Positions 34,827 through 47,070 are shown, counted from the first letter of the stretch. The stretch: 64,000 nt of DNA from Sedimentisphaerales bacterium (GCA_963666285.1 OY762711.1); one strand, 5' to 3'. Notes: a model not told the origin generated them from the sequence alone. Translations and numbers: made by a program.

Positions 34827-34999
34827 TCACTCCGTAAATGTGCTGCCTGTGACGGGAGGAGGGCAAAATCCCCCCCCGCTAGACGCGACGAACATCCCTG
34901 GTATAACAAATTCACAATATGGCAAGTAGTCTGTTGCAGATTGAATTCGCCAACAGATTATTGCGGAGGCGACCAGCTTGTCTATAAGCTCTTGTGTTT

Positions 35000-37402
35000 T
35001 CATTTAAAATTATTCCATTTCCAATTCCGGATTTCGGGTATATCCAATCCGGTCTTGTTAATATGTTTTCTATGTTCAATAAGTTTTTCTTCAAGCATTT
35101 TTTTCAGTTTAGTACCTTTATCACTTAATTGCGGCAAACGATTTATTACATCTATTACCAGGTGAAATCGATCGAGATCGTTGAGCACCAGATTGTCAAA
35201 ATAAGTAGTAATTGTGCCTTCTTCCTTATACCCACGAACATGAATATTTTTATGGTTTGTACGGCGATACGTCAACCTATGCACCAGCCAAGGGTAGCCA
35301 TGAAATGCAAAAACTACCTGCTTGTCTTTGGTAAATAAAGCATCGAAGTCACTATCACTAAGTCCATGGGGATGTTCGGTATCCGGTTCCAGTTTCATTA
35401 GATCAACAACATTAACCACCCTAATTTTCAGTTCAGGTAAATGTTCCCGAAGGATGGAAACTGCTGCCAAGGATTCGAGTGTTGGCACATCACCGCAACT
35501 GGCCATTACTACATCCGGCTGCGAACCTTCATCGTTACTTGCCCATTGCCAGATACTTATTCCTCTGGTGCAATGGTCTATTGCTTCCTCCATATTTAGC
35601 CATTGTGGCGACTGATATTTGCCGGCAATCACAACATTTACATAGTTTCGACTCCTTAAACAATGATCCATAACGGATAATAAGCAGTTGGCATCTGGTG
35701 GCAAATACACCCGAACAACGGATGCTTTTTTATTTACCACATGGTCAATGAATCCCGGATCCTGGTGAGTGTCGCCATTATGTGCCTGTTGCCAGACATG
35801 TGAAGCAAGCAGATAATTCAGGGATGCTATTTTTTTTCTCCAGGGCAATTTATTACTGACTTTCAGCCATTTTGCATATTGATTAAACATTGAATCAATG
35901 ATGTGAATAAACGCCTCATAGCAGCTAAATAGCCCGTGTCTTCCAGTGAGTAAATATCCTTCGAGCCAACCCTCACATTGATGCTCGCTCAACATTTCCA
36001 ATACGCGTCCTTCAGGTGCGAGAAATTCATCATTCTCCTCCATTTGGGCTTCCCACTGCCGGTTGGTGACCTCAAAAATGGAATTCAACCTGTTTGAAAG
36101 TGTTTCATCTGGCCCAAAAACCCTGAAGTTTTGTTTCTTTTGATTGAGAGCAATTACTTCGCGAAGAAATTCTCCAAGTTCGTGTGTGTCGGATGTCTGA
36201 ACCGAACCAGGCGATGGAACACAAACAGCACAGTTCCGAAAATCAGGCATAATCAGGTTTTGCAGTAACAACCCGCCATTTGCATGAGGATTATCGCTCA
36301 TTCTTCGCTGGCCTTTAGGTGCCAGTTCGGCCAATTCAGGCAAAAGGCGACCATTTGCATCAAAGAGTTCATCCGGTTTATAACTTTTCATCCAGTTTTC
36401 AAGAAGTATAAGATGATCGGGATGATCAGAGTCAACCAATAAGGGAATTTGATGTGCTCGAAATGTCCCCTCAATTTGGATACCATCGACAATTTTCGGC
36501 CCTGTCCAGCCCTTTGGTGAGCGAAGTACTATCATAGGCCAGTGTGGACGTGAAGCATCATTATTTCCCCTGGCATGTCTTTGTATTTTTCGGATTTTCA
36601 CAACAGCATTTTCTAATGCAGCAGCCATAGCCTGATGCATTTCTTCTGGCTCATCTCCTTCCACAAAATATGGCATCCAGCCGTATCCCTGAAGCAGATG
36701 CTTCAATTCTTCATGCGTAATACGAGCCATCACAGTAGGGTTTGCTATTTTATAGCCATTAAGATGCAGGATAGGTAGTACCACACCATCGGTTATCGGA
36801 TTGAGAAATTTATTGGAGTGCCATGCTGTAGCCAGCGGACCTGTTTCCGCTTCTCCATCCCCGACAACACAGGAAACTACCAGATCGGGATTGTCAAAGA
36901 CAGCCCCAAATGCATGACTGAGTGAATACCCCAGCTCCCCTCCTTCGTGAATTGATCCGGGGCAATCCGGTGAAACATGACTTGGAATTCCTCCTGGGAA
37001 TGAAAACTGGGTGAACAGTTTTTTTAATCCGGACATATCCTGCGTGATATCTGGATATATTTCGCTATATGTACCTTCAAGATAAGTATTGCCCACCATC
37101 GCAGGGCCGCCATGACCGGGACCAGTAATGCAGATCATATTCAAATCATATTTCTTGATAAGCCGATTCAAGTGCACATAGATAAAATTCAAACCTGGCG
37201 TTGTGCCCCAATGTCCGAGCAACATTGACTTTACATCTGTCAATTTCAGCGGCTCTCGAAGCAAAGGATTGTCACAAAGATAGAGCTGCCCAACTGCTAA
37301 GTAATTGGCTGCTCGCCAGTATGCGTTTATCTTTCGCAGCATATCGAACGACAATAGCTTGTTATTTCCATTTATATCTTCCAATACTTTATTTAATTTC
37401 AT
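35000..37402 (-). CDS. xfp: Xylulose-5-P/fructose-6-P phosphoketolase
   Basis: [40 protein letters not shown]. Confidence 0.95.
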   Translation of the reverse strand: MKLNKVLEDINGNNKLLSFDMLRKINAYWRAANYLAVGQLYLCDNPLLREPLKLTDVKSMLLGHWGTTPGLNFIYVHLNRLIKKYDLNMICITGPGHGGPAMVGNTYLEGTYSEIYPDITQDMSGLKKLFTQFSFPGGIPSHVSPDCPGSIHEGGELGYSLSHAFGAVFDNPDLVVSCVVGDGEAETGPLATAWHSNKFLNPITDGVVLPILHLNGYKIANPTVMARITHEELKHLLQGYGWMPYFVEGDEPEEMHQAMAAALENAVVKIRKIQRHARGNNDASRPHWPMIVLRSPKGWTGPKIVDGIQIEGTFRAHQIPLLVDSDHPDHLILLENWMKSYKPDELFDANGRLLPELAELAPKGQRRMSDNPHANGGLLLQNLIMPDFRNCAVCVPSPGSVQTSDTHELGEFLREVIALNQKKQNFRVFGPDETLSNRLNSIFEVTNRQWEAQMEENDEFLAPEGRVLEMLSEHQCEGWLEGYLLTGRHGLFSCYEAFIHIIDSMFNQYAKWLKVSNKLPWRKKIASLNYLLASHVWQQAHNGDTHQDPGFIDHVVNKKASVVRVYLPPDANCLLSVMDHCLRSRNYVNVVIAGKYQSPQWLNMEEAIDHCTRGISIWQWASNDEGSQPDVVMASCGDVPTLESLAAVSILREHLPELKIRVVNVVDLMKLEPDTEHPHGLSDSDFDALFTKDKQVVFAFHGYPWLVHRLTYRRTNHKNIHVRGYKEEGTITTYFDNLVLNDLDRFHLVIDVINRLPQLSDKGTKLKKMLEEKLIEHRKHINKTGLDIPEIRNWKWNNFK

Positions 37403-37479
37403 GAACATTTTCCTTCGTAATGCTAGTTGATTCATTGAGTCAGTATCCCTGACAATCATAATGTAAATATAGTGGAGTC

Positions 37480-37985
37480 TCATAATCCCGATTCAACAGA
37501 GCCATCTCCATCTGCGGCCATGATGTGATGACCACCCACATCATAATTGTTGCATAAATGAGGCTCCCAAGCTTTCTTACCATGGGTCAATTCTTTCCAT
37601 TTTTCACGGTCACGTACAATGTATGGATAGGGTCCCCACATGTAGAGGCCGCTCCAATATATCGGATATCCATAATACCCGTAGTAAGTTTCTTCGAATT
37701 GACGCGAGACAGGCTTGTCACTGTCCAAGGATGAACTATCCTCAATCTGCTTTTGGGTCAGGTCGATAGTAATATTTTGCTCCTTTTCATTAAAGACGAC
37801 TATTGCATACAAAAAAATCAACACCTGCATGATCTTAAGCCAATTTTCTGTCTCGGCAACCAAGTAGCGAATCGTCCAGTAATAGTCATCGAAGTAGAAT
37901 TCACAAACCTTCCCTATTTCTCCATCAAAACTAAGTAATTTATAGTTATTTAAGATAACTGAATGCCTTTAATAATTGTTAACAT
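37480..37985 (-). pseudogene. PRC-barrel protein pseudogene
   Basis: DGEIGKVCEFYFDDYYWTIRYLVA lies in frame upstream of the listed ORF but is cut off from the ATG by a stop/frameshift; second barrel truncated. Confidence 0.7.
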
Positions 37986-38029
37986 TTATGTTCATAATTA
38001 CTACGGAACATTAAATGGTTACTTTTCAT

Positions 38030-39223
38030 CTATTTGTTCAGGTCTAAAATACGATAAACAATATTTGCAATCATCAATTCTTCATCCGTGTCAATAACGC
38101 GGACCACAACCCGACTAGATGCAATGGAAATTATACCTTTATTAACAATGTTCAGTTTTTCTTCGATTTTAATTCCTAGGAATTCCAATTTTTTACAGAT
38201 TCTGGCACGCACTTCTGGTGAGTTCTCACCTATACCGCCAGAAAATACCAGCGTATCCAGACCGCCAAGTGCTGCTGCAAACGCCCCAATCCATTTTCGA
38301 GTATAATAACAAAATAGCTCTACTGCTTCAGCTGCCCTAACGTCGCTCACCTGACACGCTAATAAATCACGCATATCCGAGCTGATTTGAGAAATACCCA
38401 GAAGGCCCGATCCATGATTAACTAAATGATTAAACTGTTCTGGCGTCATATTTTCTATCTGCATCAAATACCATATCACACCTGGGTCCAGATCGCCTGA
38501 ACGAGTACTCATTGGTAGACCGGAACTGGGCGTAAATCCCATACTGGTGTCTATACTTTTGCCCCCAAGAACTGCGGCCAGGCTAGCGCCATTACCTAAA
38601 TGAGCCAGTATCACTCGACTCTGAGATGCTTTTACACCGGCAACATGAGCAAGTTCTTCCAGCAAAAAGGAATATGATAAACCATGGAACCCATATCTAT
38701 GAATTCCTACCTCATCAAAACGACGAGGGATAGGCAGGAGTTGAGCAACACGCGGCATAGTATGGTGAAACGCTGTATCAAAGCAGGCAACTTGACACAG
38801 CCTGGGATATCGCTGTCCAAAAGCCTCAATCAATTCAATTTCGATTGGCAAATGATCCATATCGTAAGGGCAAATACGGTGCAGTTCAGTAAGTAAATCC
38901 GGTGTGACACATTCAGGTTCAGTGTGATTCATGCCGAAAACGACTCGATGGCCAATCCCATTGATTGACGAGAAATCAATCAACTCTTCAAGTCGGTCAA
39001 TCAGAAAATTAGGTATTGAACTTAAATCCAAAGGTTCAAGAATTCGACTGTTTTTCTGATTTCCTGATAAATCACTAAAAGCGAATATCGTATCCGATAA
39101 ACCGATACGTTCAATACTTCCATAGAAACATCGTTTTATAGATTTACCTGACTGATACAATGCAAACTTGACACTCGATGAGCCACCATTGATTGTCAAA
39201 ATAAGCGGATTAGCTGCTTCCAT
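38030..39223 (-). CDS. ackA: Acetate/propionate kinase
   Basis: INGGSSSVK, GHRVV, FDTAFH, RYGFHGLSY, HLGNGAS, TRSGDLDP, GGIGEN. Confidence 0.93.
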   Translation of the reverse strand: MEAANPLILTINGGSSSVKFALYQSGKSIKRCFYGSIERIGLSDTIFAFSDLSGNQKNSRILEPLDLSSIPNFLIDRLEELIDFSSINGIGHRVVFGMNHTEPECVTPDLLTELHRICPYDMDHLPIEIELIEAFGQRYPRLCQVACFDTAFHHTMPRVAQLLPIPRRFDEVGIHRYGFHGLSYSFLLEELAHVAGVKASQSRVILAHLGNGASLAAVLGGKSIDTSMGFTPSSGLPMSTRSGDLDPGVIWYLMQIENMTPEQFNHLVNHGSGLLGISQISSDMRDLLACQVSDVRAAEAVELFCYYTRKWIGAFAAALGGLDTLVFSGGIGENSPEVRARICKKLEFLGIKIEEKLNIVNKGIISIASSRVVVRVIDTDEELMIANIVYRILDLNK

Positions 39224-39857
39224 GAACGCTCCTATCTTCATTATATAATCCAAACGAAGCCAGTTTGGTGCACGTTGACTTATAATCCGTGTGACAAATA
39301 CTCCTGATCCCCAAGTCTTCCGCGACCTGGACTAACTTTGGGAGATTCTCAATATAGACCACCTGATCGGCTTGGACTTGTGCGATATCAAACGCCATCC
39401 GAAAAATATCGGCGTCAGGCTTTCGCAGATGGACGAAACAGGAAGAAATGAATAAATCCACAAAATCATCAAGCCTGAACGTTTGAATCCGATGTAAATT
39501 AAGTTCTCGTGCCTCGTTACTAACCACAACTATCTTTAATCCATACCGTGCTTTAACTCGACGAACCAACTCAATCATTTCCAGATATGGCTTTGACTGA
39601 GCGAAAATGAATTTCTGAAACTGAGCTCTCTCGAATGGTCGCTTCTTGTAAAACACCACGCGTCCAAGGTATTCATCAATGGTAAGTTCACCTAACTCGT
39701 ATGCATCTAAAACAATATTATGCCTGCTATTTATCTCATCAAGTTCCAGATTAAATGTTTTTGCCGCTAATTTTCGGGATTGATGCCCAAACCCATCGGT
39801 AAGTAATACACCGCCAACATCGACAAACAAACTTTTGATACCAGTTATTTTACTCAT
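39210..39857 (-). CDS. HAD-family hydrolase
   Basis: FVDVGGVLL, VSNE, RKPDADIF. Confidence 0.85.
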   Translation of the reverse strand: MSKITGIKSLFVDVGGVLLTDGFGHQSRKLAAKTFNLELDEINSRHNIVLDAYELGELTIDEYLGRVVFYKKRPFERAQFQKFIFAQSKPYLEMIELVRRVKARYGLKIVVVSNEARELNLHRIQTFRLDDFVDLFISSCFVHLRKPDADIFRMAFDIAQVQADQVVYIENLPKLVQVAEDLGIRSICHTDYKSTCTKLASFGLYNEDRSVHGSS

Positions 39858-39881
39858 AATATTTAATTCCGTAGGGTTATA

Positions 39882-42425
39882 TCATCGATGCCATAGTATG
39901 TGAGCAGCTTCCAATGGGACAGCAGCATTTTCATAATAAGGTATCACCCTTGCAGTATAGTCTGTAGCAGGTCGGGTTGCAGCTATCGCTATACTGTAGT
40001 TGCTGCCCACGTTTGCGTCCACAGTTTGCCCATTTTGATTCATTCCATGCTGTTCAGGACAATGGTCATTTAATCCATCTGCAAATAGCTCCACTCGAAT
40101 TGCATTCGAGTCAATGCCGTTGAGATGAACCTCGACTCTAAATAGATGCTGTTGCCCTCTGGTCTCAACCGAAACTTTGCCAAAATGGATTGCCGCCCAT
40201 TTTTGTTTAAGAGTTTGCTGCCAATTTACCAGCTGATTTCCCATTTCCCCATTATTAGACGCACGCGATTGATAGGAAGCTGATGCCGGAAGATAATACT
40301 TCTCTGTATAATCCTGCACAGTGCGATTGGCCGAAAACCGAGGTGAGAGTTGCGACATGCTTTCTCGCATTCGCCTGACCCATGCAGTAGGAATACCGTT
40401 TTCATCTCTATTATAAAACTCCGGAATAACCTCCAATTCAAGCAGTTCATAGAGTTCCTCAGCTTCGACAGCATCCCAGGCAGGATCTTTGCCATGCTCT
40501 TGACCGTCACCGATTGCCCAGCCAACTTCCGGGGTGAAAGCTTCCGCCCACCAACCGTCCAACTCTGATAGATTAATGCCTCCATTGACTAGTACTTTCA
40601 TGCCACTGGTTCCACTTGCTTCCCATGGACGTCTTGGTGTGTTAATCCAAACATCCACCCCACGTACCAGGTGCTCTGTCAAATGCATATCATAGTCACT
40701 GAGAAATACCGCATTAAATCGCACTTCGGAACGCCGGATAAAACGCACCCATTCCTGAATCATTTTTTGACCGGCCATGTCATTCGGATGAGCTTTACCG
40801 GCGATAATAAGCTGAACAGGACGATGAATGTCGGTTAACAAGCGAAGTAATCGTTCGGAATCATACAGGAGCAGATTCGGTCTCTTATAGGATGTAAAAC
40901 GGCGAGCAAAACCAAGTGTTAACGCATTTGGATTTAATAAATGCTCAACATCGTTAACTGACTCAGTCGATGCACCAGACTCTTCAAGTTGTCGAGATAG
41001 TCTTTGGCGAGCATATTCAACAAGAGCCTTGCTGGCATCTGTTCTAAATTTCCAGAGTCTGCTGTCAGAAATACATCGAATATTTTCTTTCAAGGTATCC
41101 ATTTTTCCGAGCCAGCGGTCTTTCCCGCAAGACTCAGTCCAAAGTTCATCGGCCGCAGCCGAATCCCAGGTTGGCGTGTGAACTCCATTGGTAACAGAGC
41201 TAATGGGCACTTCGTCTGCCGGCCAACGTTTAAATAGAGGTTCAAACAGATTCCGACTAACTTTGCCATGTAAACGGCTGACACCGTTTATTGCTCCACT
41301 TCCTCTTATCGCCAAATATGCCATATTAAATGGTTCTGTCAAATCTTCAGGATTTTCTCTGCCAAGTGCAAGCAAATCAAAGAGTGATATACCAAGCCGC
41401 TCTTGGGCATACCAACTTAAATATTGTTCAATAAGAGCTGGAGAAAAACGATCAAAACCTGCGGCAACAGGTGTGTGTGTTGTAAAAATGTTCCCTGCTC
41501 GCGTAACTGCCAGTGCAGTTTCAAATGACTGGCCAGAGTCTTCCATAAAATTTCTTGCTCGCTCCAGTACAGCAAAAGCAGCATGCCCTTCATTTAAGTG
41601 ACAAACCTCAGGCTTTATACCAAGCTCACAGAGCAATCTCCACCCTCCTATTCCCAGTATAAGCTCTTGTTTAAGTCGCAACTCGTGACCACCACCGTAA
41701 AGTTCACTCGTAATTCCTCTATGTGCAGGAAAGTTAGCCGCATCATTGGTATCCAGCAGGTAAAGTTTTACTCTACCAACCTGGACATGCCAGGCACGCA
41801 GCCATACCGAATAACCTGGGAGCTTTATTTCCAACCGCAGCCACTCCCCATTTGATTTTCGCAAGGGCGAAATTGGCAATTGACCGGGATCATTGTAAGG
41901 ATAGAGGGCTTGTTGTACACCATCCTTATCAATCACCTGGCGAAAATACCCTTGTTGATAGAGCAACCCAACCCCAACCACCGGAACACCAAGGTCGCTG
42001 GCAGCTTTGAGCTGATCGCCGGCAACGTTACCAAGGCCGCCCGAGTATATTGGCAGAGCTTCGCTCAGCATAAATTCCATACAAAAATATGCTACACAAG
42101 TCAAAGAAGTTTGTGGATGATTCTGTTGAAACCATGCCGGGGCTGCAGATTTACGATCTTTGAGCTTTAATAGTTCATTCACTTCGTTACGAAATTCCGT
42201 ATTCGCCAGTAATTTTCTAAGTTTTTCTCTTGAGACAGTCTGCAAAACAACCCATGGATTTTGTGTCATTTCCCACAATTCAGGGTCAAGCTGACTCCAG
42301 ACTTTATCACCATAATGACTCCATGACCATCGCATATCCAATGCAAGTTCAGCAAGACAATCGAAACCATCAACTTCTATAGGAAGAAAAGACTGTAATT
42401 TGTCAAGACATTTTCGTTTACTCAT
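39882..42425 (-). CDS. glgP: Alpha-glucan (glycogen/maltodextrin) phosphorylase
   Basis: YSGGLG, HLNEGH, ARRFTSYKR, EASGTSGMK (PLP lysine), LDGWW. Confidence 0.93.
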   Translation of the reverse strand: MSKRKCLDKLQSFLPIEVDGFDCLAELALDMRWSWSHYGDKVWSQLDPELWEMTQNPWVVLQTVSREKLRKLLANTEFRNEVNELLKLKDRKSAAPAWFQQNHPQTSLTCVAYFCMEFMLSEALPIYSGGLGNVAGDQLKAASDLGVPVVGVGLLYQQGYFRQVIDKDGVQQALYPYNDPGQLPISPLRKSNGEWLRLEIKLPGYSVWLRAWHVQVGRVKLYLLDTNDAANFPAHRGITSELYGGGHELRLKQELILGIGGWRLLCELGIKPEVCHLNEGHAAFAVLERARNFMEDSGQSFETALAVTRAGNIFTTHTPVAAGFDRFSPALIEQYLSWYAQERLGISLFDLLALGRENPEDLTEPFNMAYLAIRGSGAINGVSRLHGKVSRNLFEPLFKRWPADEVPISSVTNGVHTPTWDSAAADELWTESCGKDRWLGKMDTLKENIRCISDSRLWKFRTDASKALVEYARQRLSRQLEESGASTESVNDVEHLLNPNALTLGFARRFTSYKRPNLLLYDSERLLRLLTDIHRPVQLIIAGKAHPNDMAGQKMIQEWVRFIRRSEVRFNAVFLSDYDMHLTEHLVRGVDVWINTPRRPWEASGTSGMKVLVNGGINLSELDGWWAEAFTPEVGWAIGDGQEHGKDPAWDAVEAEELYELLELEVIPEFYNRDENGIPTAWVRRMRESMSQLSPRFSANRTVQDYTEKYYLPASASYQSRASNNGEMGNQLVNWQQTLKQKWAAIHFGKVSVETRGQQHLFRVEVHLNGIDSNAIRVELFADGLNDHCPEQHGMNQNGQTVDANVGSNYSIAIAATRPATDYTARVIPYYENAAVPLEAAHILWHR

Positions 42426-43558
42426 AGTTTTCCCATAACAGTTTCGGATGATTTTATTGTTATGACCTCCATTAACTTGTCGAAGGGAACGATAAATTTT
42501 TTAACACCTTCATCTTCAAGCTGTTGAGTTATCTTATTGATGTCTATCCCAAGTCCAGGCAAACTTTCCAAAACCAAATTTGCTTCCATTACGGCATTTT
42601 CGAGGGTTGACTTTGATTCGCCGTGGTCACGATAGGCATCAATTGTTTCTAACGGAGCTGTATTTATAGTATCCGGCCCAATGAACTGTTCTATGTATTT
42701 GACATCACTATAGCTGGAGTCTTTAGTGCCTGTGCTAGCCCATAGTAAACGCTGTGGACGGGCTCCCTGACCAGCCAGTCGCACAAAACTATCACCTTCG
42801 AAGATTTCCTTGTATATCTGATAAGCAGCCTTTGCACTTGCTATTGCCACCTGCCCATGCACTTTCTTGGCAATTTCAACTTTCTGACCACCCGACACAA
42901 AGAAATTATCCACCAGTGGATCCACCAAGGTATCAATACGGCTTAAAAAGAAGCTCGCAACTGAAACGATATGGTTAACAGGCTTTCCTTGAGCTATACG
43001 CATTTTTAAACCTGAAATGTAGTTGGCGACAACCTGTCGATAGCGATGTACCCCAAAGATCAGGGTAGCATTAACATTGATCCCTTCGCTGATTAGTTGT
43101 TTTATTGCCGGCAGACCATCGGATGTTGCCGGAACTTTGATAAGTACATTCGGCCTATCCAGAGCGACCCACAATCGGCGGGCTTCTTCAACTGTGCCCT
43201 GCGTATTGTATGCCAGATGTGGGTTAACCTCCAGACTGACATATCCATCTCCTCCATTAGTCTTGTCATACAAAGATCTAAACTCATCAGCAGCACTCTT
43301 TACATCGCACTGACTTAGAGTTTCATAGATAGATTTAGCCTCCATTTGCTTGAGTGCCATCTCGCGAATGTCCTGATCGTAAATATCACTTTCGGCAATC
43401 GCCTTTTCAAAGATGGATGGGTTAGAGGTCATCCCTCGAAGCCCATCATCCTTAATTAAATACCGAAGTGTACCATCTGATATCAAATCACGTCTGATAT
43501 AATCGAGCCAAAGTGATTGACCGAGCGTTTCCAATTTTATCAAGTGATTGTCTTTCAT
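42422..43558 (-). CDS. tal: Transaldolase
   Basis: QSLWLD, TSNPSIF, SLEVNP, IKVPAT, ASFFLSRID, LWASTGTK. Confidence 0.93.
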   Translation of the reverse strand: MKDNHLIKLETLGQSLWLDYIRRDLISDGTLRYLIKDDGLRGMTSNPSIFEKAIAESDIYDQDIREMALKQMEAKSIYETLSQCDVKSAADEFRSLYDKTNGGDGYVSLEVNPHLAYNTQGTVEEARRLWVALDRPNVLIKVPATSDGLPAIKQLISEGINVNATLIFGVHRYRQVVANYISGLKMRIAQGKPVNHIVSVASFFLSRIDTLVDPLVDNFFVSGGQKVEIAKKVHGQVAIASAKAAYQIYKEIFEGDSFVRLAGQGARPQRLLWASTGTKDSSYSDVKYIEQFIGPDTINTAPLETIDAYRDHGESKSTLENAVMEANLVLESLPGLGIDINKITQQLEDEGVKKFIVPFDKLMEVITIKSSETVMGKL

Positions 43559-43684
43559 GATTTCATCTCCTTCTGCTGCAATATTGCAACTTCATCCAGC
43601 CCGCCTTGTATGGTGATCAATAAATAATCCATATATTTACTCATTTCGATCTCATCTAATCATAATGACAGCACATACATCATA

Positions 43685-46381
43685 TTAGGCAGAGAATATA
43701 TTGACTCCTCTCCGAACGAAAAACTTTCTGATTTCCTCTATCCCGAATATCACAAAAGGTGACAGTACAATCACAGGCCATATCCACAGGGGAAGTGGTG
43801 CCGTGGTGAAAAAGTTACCAATTACATCCAAAGGCAGGTAAAGTACCCCAAAAATAAAGGTCAGTTCTACAAGTAAGCCGACAGTAATCCATGAGTTATA
43901 CTTGAAGATATGTCGGACAGCACTCTGTCGGTTGGTTCTACAAGCCATCACGTTCCCTATTTGACAGAAAATAATAGTGACAAGAAACCCTGCTGCTGCT
44001 TGCCGATAGAGCGTAGTTGTAGCCAATAATCTTTCCCCCCAAATCCACGCTCCTCCATTGAGAATAAGAAAAAAAACAACGAAAGAAAGGACAGCTTCGG
44101 CCGGACCTATAATGCCGTAACTTCTCAGAAAGGTCTTCAAGCTAACCAGCCGTTCAGTTCTTCTCCTGGGTGGCCGCATCATAATGTCCGGCTCAGGCGG
44201 TTCATTACCCAAACCAATAGCAGGGAGGATATCCGTTATAAGGTCTATAGACAAGATTTGTATGACGGTGATCGGTAGAGGAATGGGAAAGAGGACATAT
44301 AATATGAAGGGTAAGATCTCTGGTATGTTGCTCGTAAGAATATAGGTAATGAACTTCTTGATATTATCATAGACGGCACGCCCCTCCTCGATCGCATTTA
44401 CTATGGTAGCGAAGTTATCATCCAAAAGGATAATATCGGAAGCCTCCTTAGCCACATCAGTTCCACTCAAACCCATCGAAACTCCAATATCAGCCTTCTT
44501 TAAGGCCGGAGCATCGTTAACTCCATCACCAGTTACAGCTACGACTTCCCCCATCTCTTTCAAAACGTTTACAATCTTTAGTTTTTGCTCTGGTGCTGTT
44601 CTGGCAAAGATTATTTCATAATTATCTTTCAATATCTTCTTAAGGATATCTGCATCCATCTCGTCCAGCTTATCTCCTGTCACAATATAAGGATTCTCGG
44701 CAATTCCGACTTTACGCGTAATGCTTCTCACTGTTTCCGCTTTGTCACCACTTATCACAATCACCCTGACACCGGCATTCTTGCAAGCCTCAACCGCCTT
44801 GGGCACCTCCGGTCTAGGCATGTCCATCATGGCAATAAGGCCTGTGAATACAAGATCATAAGCCTTCGAATCAGGTTCCTTCACCTCCTTGTAAGCGACA
44901 GATAGTACACGAAGGCCATCTTCGGCATACTCATTTGCGATAGATAGTATTTTCTGTTTCTCTTCCACCTTCAGTTCCCGTATCCCAACTTCGGTGTGAA
45001 CCAGGGTACATATATCTAATAAAACTTCCGAAGCTCCCTTTGCCGTCAGGTAGTATGTGTCTCCATCGGTCTTGTAGGTTGAATACATATATTTAGCCTC
45101 AGAGGAGAAAGACTGCCCTCCAACCACCTCAAAATCTGAGCGAATACTATCATATCCCGACATTTTCGCTGCAAACTCAGCCAATGCAACCTCGGTAGGG
45201 TCACCCTTAAACGATTGTTTACCAATTTTATCTGTCGTTACAACAACATCATTACACAAGGTCATTATATCATTAAGAGGCTTCGTTACAGATATCTTCT
45301 TCAATTCTTCCGTCTTATCAGACAAATATTTTGTAAAGTCAAGGTAGATACTGACTACATGGAGCTTATTTTGCGTAAGAGTTCCTGTTTTATCAGTACA
45401 GATGACAGTAGTGGAGCCCAATGTTTCCACCGACAGAATGTTCTTTACAACAGCATGCCGCTTACCCATTCTTGCAGAGGCCTGGGTCAAAGCCAGCGTA
45501 ACAGTAGGGAGAAGTCCCTCAGGAACATTGGCTACTATAATGCCAATGGCAAATATAAGATTGGTCCAGAACGTATTGCCAATCAGGAATCCTACCAGAA
45601 AGAACGTAAAACCCAGAGCAATTGCCAGGTATGTGATCTTTTGTACAAATATCTTGAGCTCTTTCTGCATCGGAGTTAAATCACGCGTTACAGTCTGTGA
45701 CAAGTTGGAAATTGAGCCTATCTTTGTCTCTTTTGCCGTCCTGACGACAAGGATAGTTGCTGAGCCTTTCATAACTGTGGACCCGGAGAATGCCTCGCAT
45801 GATTGCTGGCCCTCTGTCCCAAACTCAGCTTTTTCCAGAGGTTCAGACTCTCCGGTCAATATACTTTCATCTACCATCAGCCCCGTGGACGAGAGAATTA
45901 TCCCATCCGCTGATATCCTATCACCTTCCTGAACAAGGAGTATATCTCCCGGAACAATTTCTTTTGCATTGAGAATATTGCGATTTCCATTACGCACCAG
46001 AGCGACTTGCTTGGGAATATAATCCTGGAATGCCTGCATCAGTTTCTCAACTTTGTACCGCTGAATAAAAGATACAGATGCATTTAAAACAACTACCCCC
46101 AGTAGAGCAAAGCCGATGAAGTTGTAACCCTCACCTGAACTCAGTGTATTTGCAAAAAAACACAATATTGCAGATACCAGCAACAATATTGGAAACATAC
46201 CCTTGAATTCCTCGAACAGCATAACGAATGGAGATATCTCCCGATGAAATACAAGTTGGTTAAGACCATACTTATTCTTTCTCCTTGTCACCTCATCAGA
46301 CATCAGCCCATTTGCAGTTGAGCCCAGAGACTTTAACAATTCCTCCTTGGTTTTTCCCTCGAATTCAATAAATATACCCAT
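43685..46381 (-). CDS. P-type ATPase, Na,K/H,K-like (type IIC signature)
   Basis: TGES, IIVANVPEGLL, DKTGTLT, TGDGVND, YILTSNIPEI, ILSIDLITD. Confidence 0.88.
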   Translation of the reverse strand: MGIFIEFEGKTKEELLKSLGSTANGLMSDEVTRRKNKYGLNQLVFHREISPFVMLFEEFKGMFPILLLVSAILCFFANTLSSGEGYNFIGFALLGVVVLNASVSFIQRYKVEKLMQAFQDYIPKQVALVRNGNRNILNAKEIVPGDILLVQEGDRISADGIILSSTGLMVDESILTGESEPLEKAEFGTEGQQSCEAFSGSTVMKGSATILVVRTAKETKIGSISNLSQTVTRDLTPMQKELKIFVQKITYLAIALGFTFFLVGFLIGNTFWTNLIFAIGIIVANVPEGLLPTVTLALTQASARMGKRHAVVKNILSVETLGSTTVICTDKTGTLTQNKLHVVSIYLDFTKYLSDKTEELKKISVTKPLNDIMTLCNDVVVTTDKIGKQSFKGDPTEVALAEFAAKMSGYDSIRSDFEVVGGQSFSSEAKYMYSTYKTDGDTYYLTAKGASEVLLDICTLVHTEVGIRELKVEEKQKILSIANEYAEDGLRVLSVAYKEVKEPDSKAYDLVFTGLIAMMDMPRPEVPKAVEACKNAGVRVIVISGDKAETVRSITRKVGIAENPYIVTGDKLDEMDADILKKILKDNYEIIFARTAPEQKLKIVNVLKEMGEVVAVTGDGVNDAPALKKADIGVSMGLSGTDVAKEASDIILLDDNFATIVNAIEEGRAVYDNIKKFITYILTSNIPEILPFILYVLFPIPLPITVIQILSIDLITDILPAIGLGNEPPEPDIMMRPPRRRTERLVSLKTFLRSYGIIGPAEAVLSFVVFFLILNGGAWIWGERLLATTTLYRQAAAGFLVTIIFCQIGNVMACRTNRQSAVRHIFKYNSWITVGLLVELTFIFGVLYLPLDVIGNFFTTAPLPLWIWPVIVLSPFVIFGIEEIRKFFVRRGVNIFSA

Positions 46382-46687
46382 TGACCTTACCTTCCTGTCG
46401 AAAGACTATCATTACTCTCCTAGCAGGAATATCTTCCATCACAAATAAAAATATCGTACAAATTGGCCTTTACCTCCGAAAGTAATTGAAGTAATATGTC
46501 GCAATATTACATAAAGTTATCACACAACTCATTCTATCATTGCTAACTCAGAACCTTTCGACATCTTCGCCGTAAACTATTAATTACCTCTAGTTTCCAA
46601 AATTCCCATCAATACATTAAAACAACATAAAATAAGACATATACCCACATATAGTCAATAGCATTAAATGCATAAATTTAGATTAAT

Positions 46688-46912
46688 TCAGCTATTTTCC
46701 TTAGACTTAGCTGGTATATGTAAAACATGGCTGGCTATAATAAGTCCTCCAACAATCCCCATTACAAATGTCAGTAAAAGCAAAAGGACTCTCGGCATTG
46801 TTACAGTCACAAAGAGTAACCTGGTCTCAACAGCTTGCGTGTTTTGAATAGAAACAATCAGAGTCAGTAGTAAAATTCCAACTATAATAATTATTTTTAT
46901 TTTATCTTTCAC
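46688..46912 (-). CDS. LapA/DUF1049-like small membrane protein
   Basis: Two TM helices flanking QNTQAVETRLLF. Confidence 0.7.
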   Translation of the reverse strand: MKDKIKIIIIVGILLLTLIVSIQNTQAVETRLLFVTVTMPRVLLLLLTFVMGIVGGLIIASHVLHIPAKSKENS

Positions 46913-47070
46913 TGCATAATCCCCTACGATTCACATTAAAACTAGTTTGACATTGACGCCGAAGTAGAGATACGCCTTATATAGTAAATACTGAAAGCTG
47001 TATCAGAAGTTGTCAACAGGAGAGTCTGAGTCTATCAGTACAAGTCATAATTTACATTAGCACGAAATCA

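Noticed and set aside
34847..34890. Resemblance of the GC-rich hairpin to a group II intron 3' end
   Set aside because: No domain V sequence upstream and no reverse transcriptase gene nearby.
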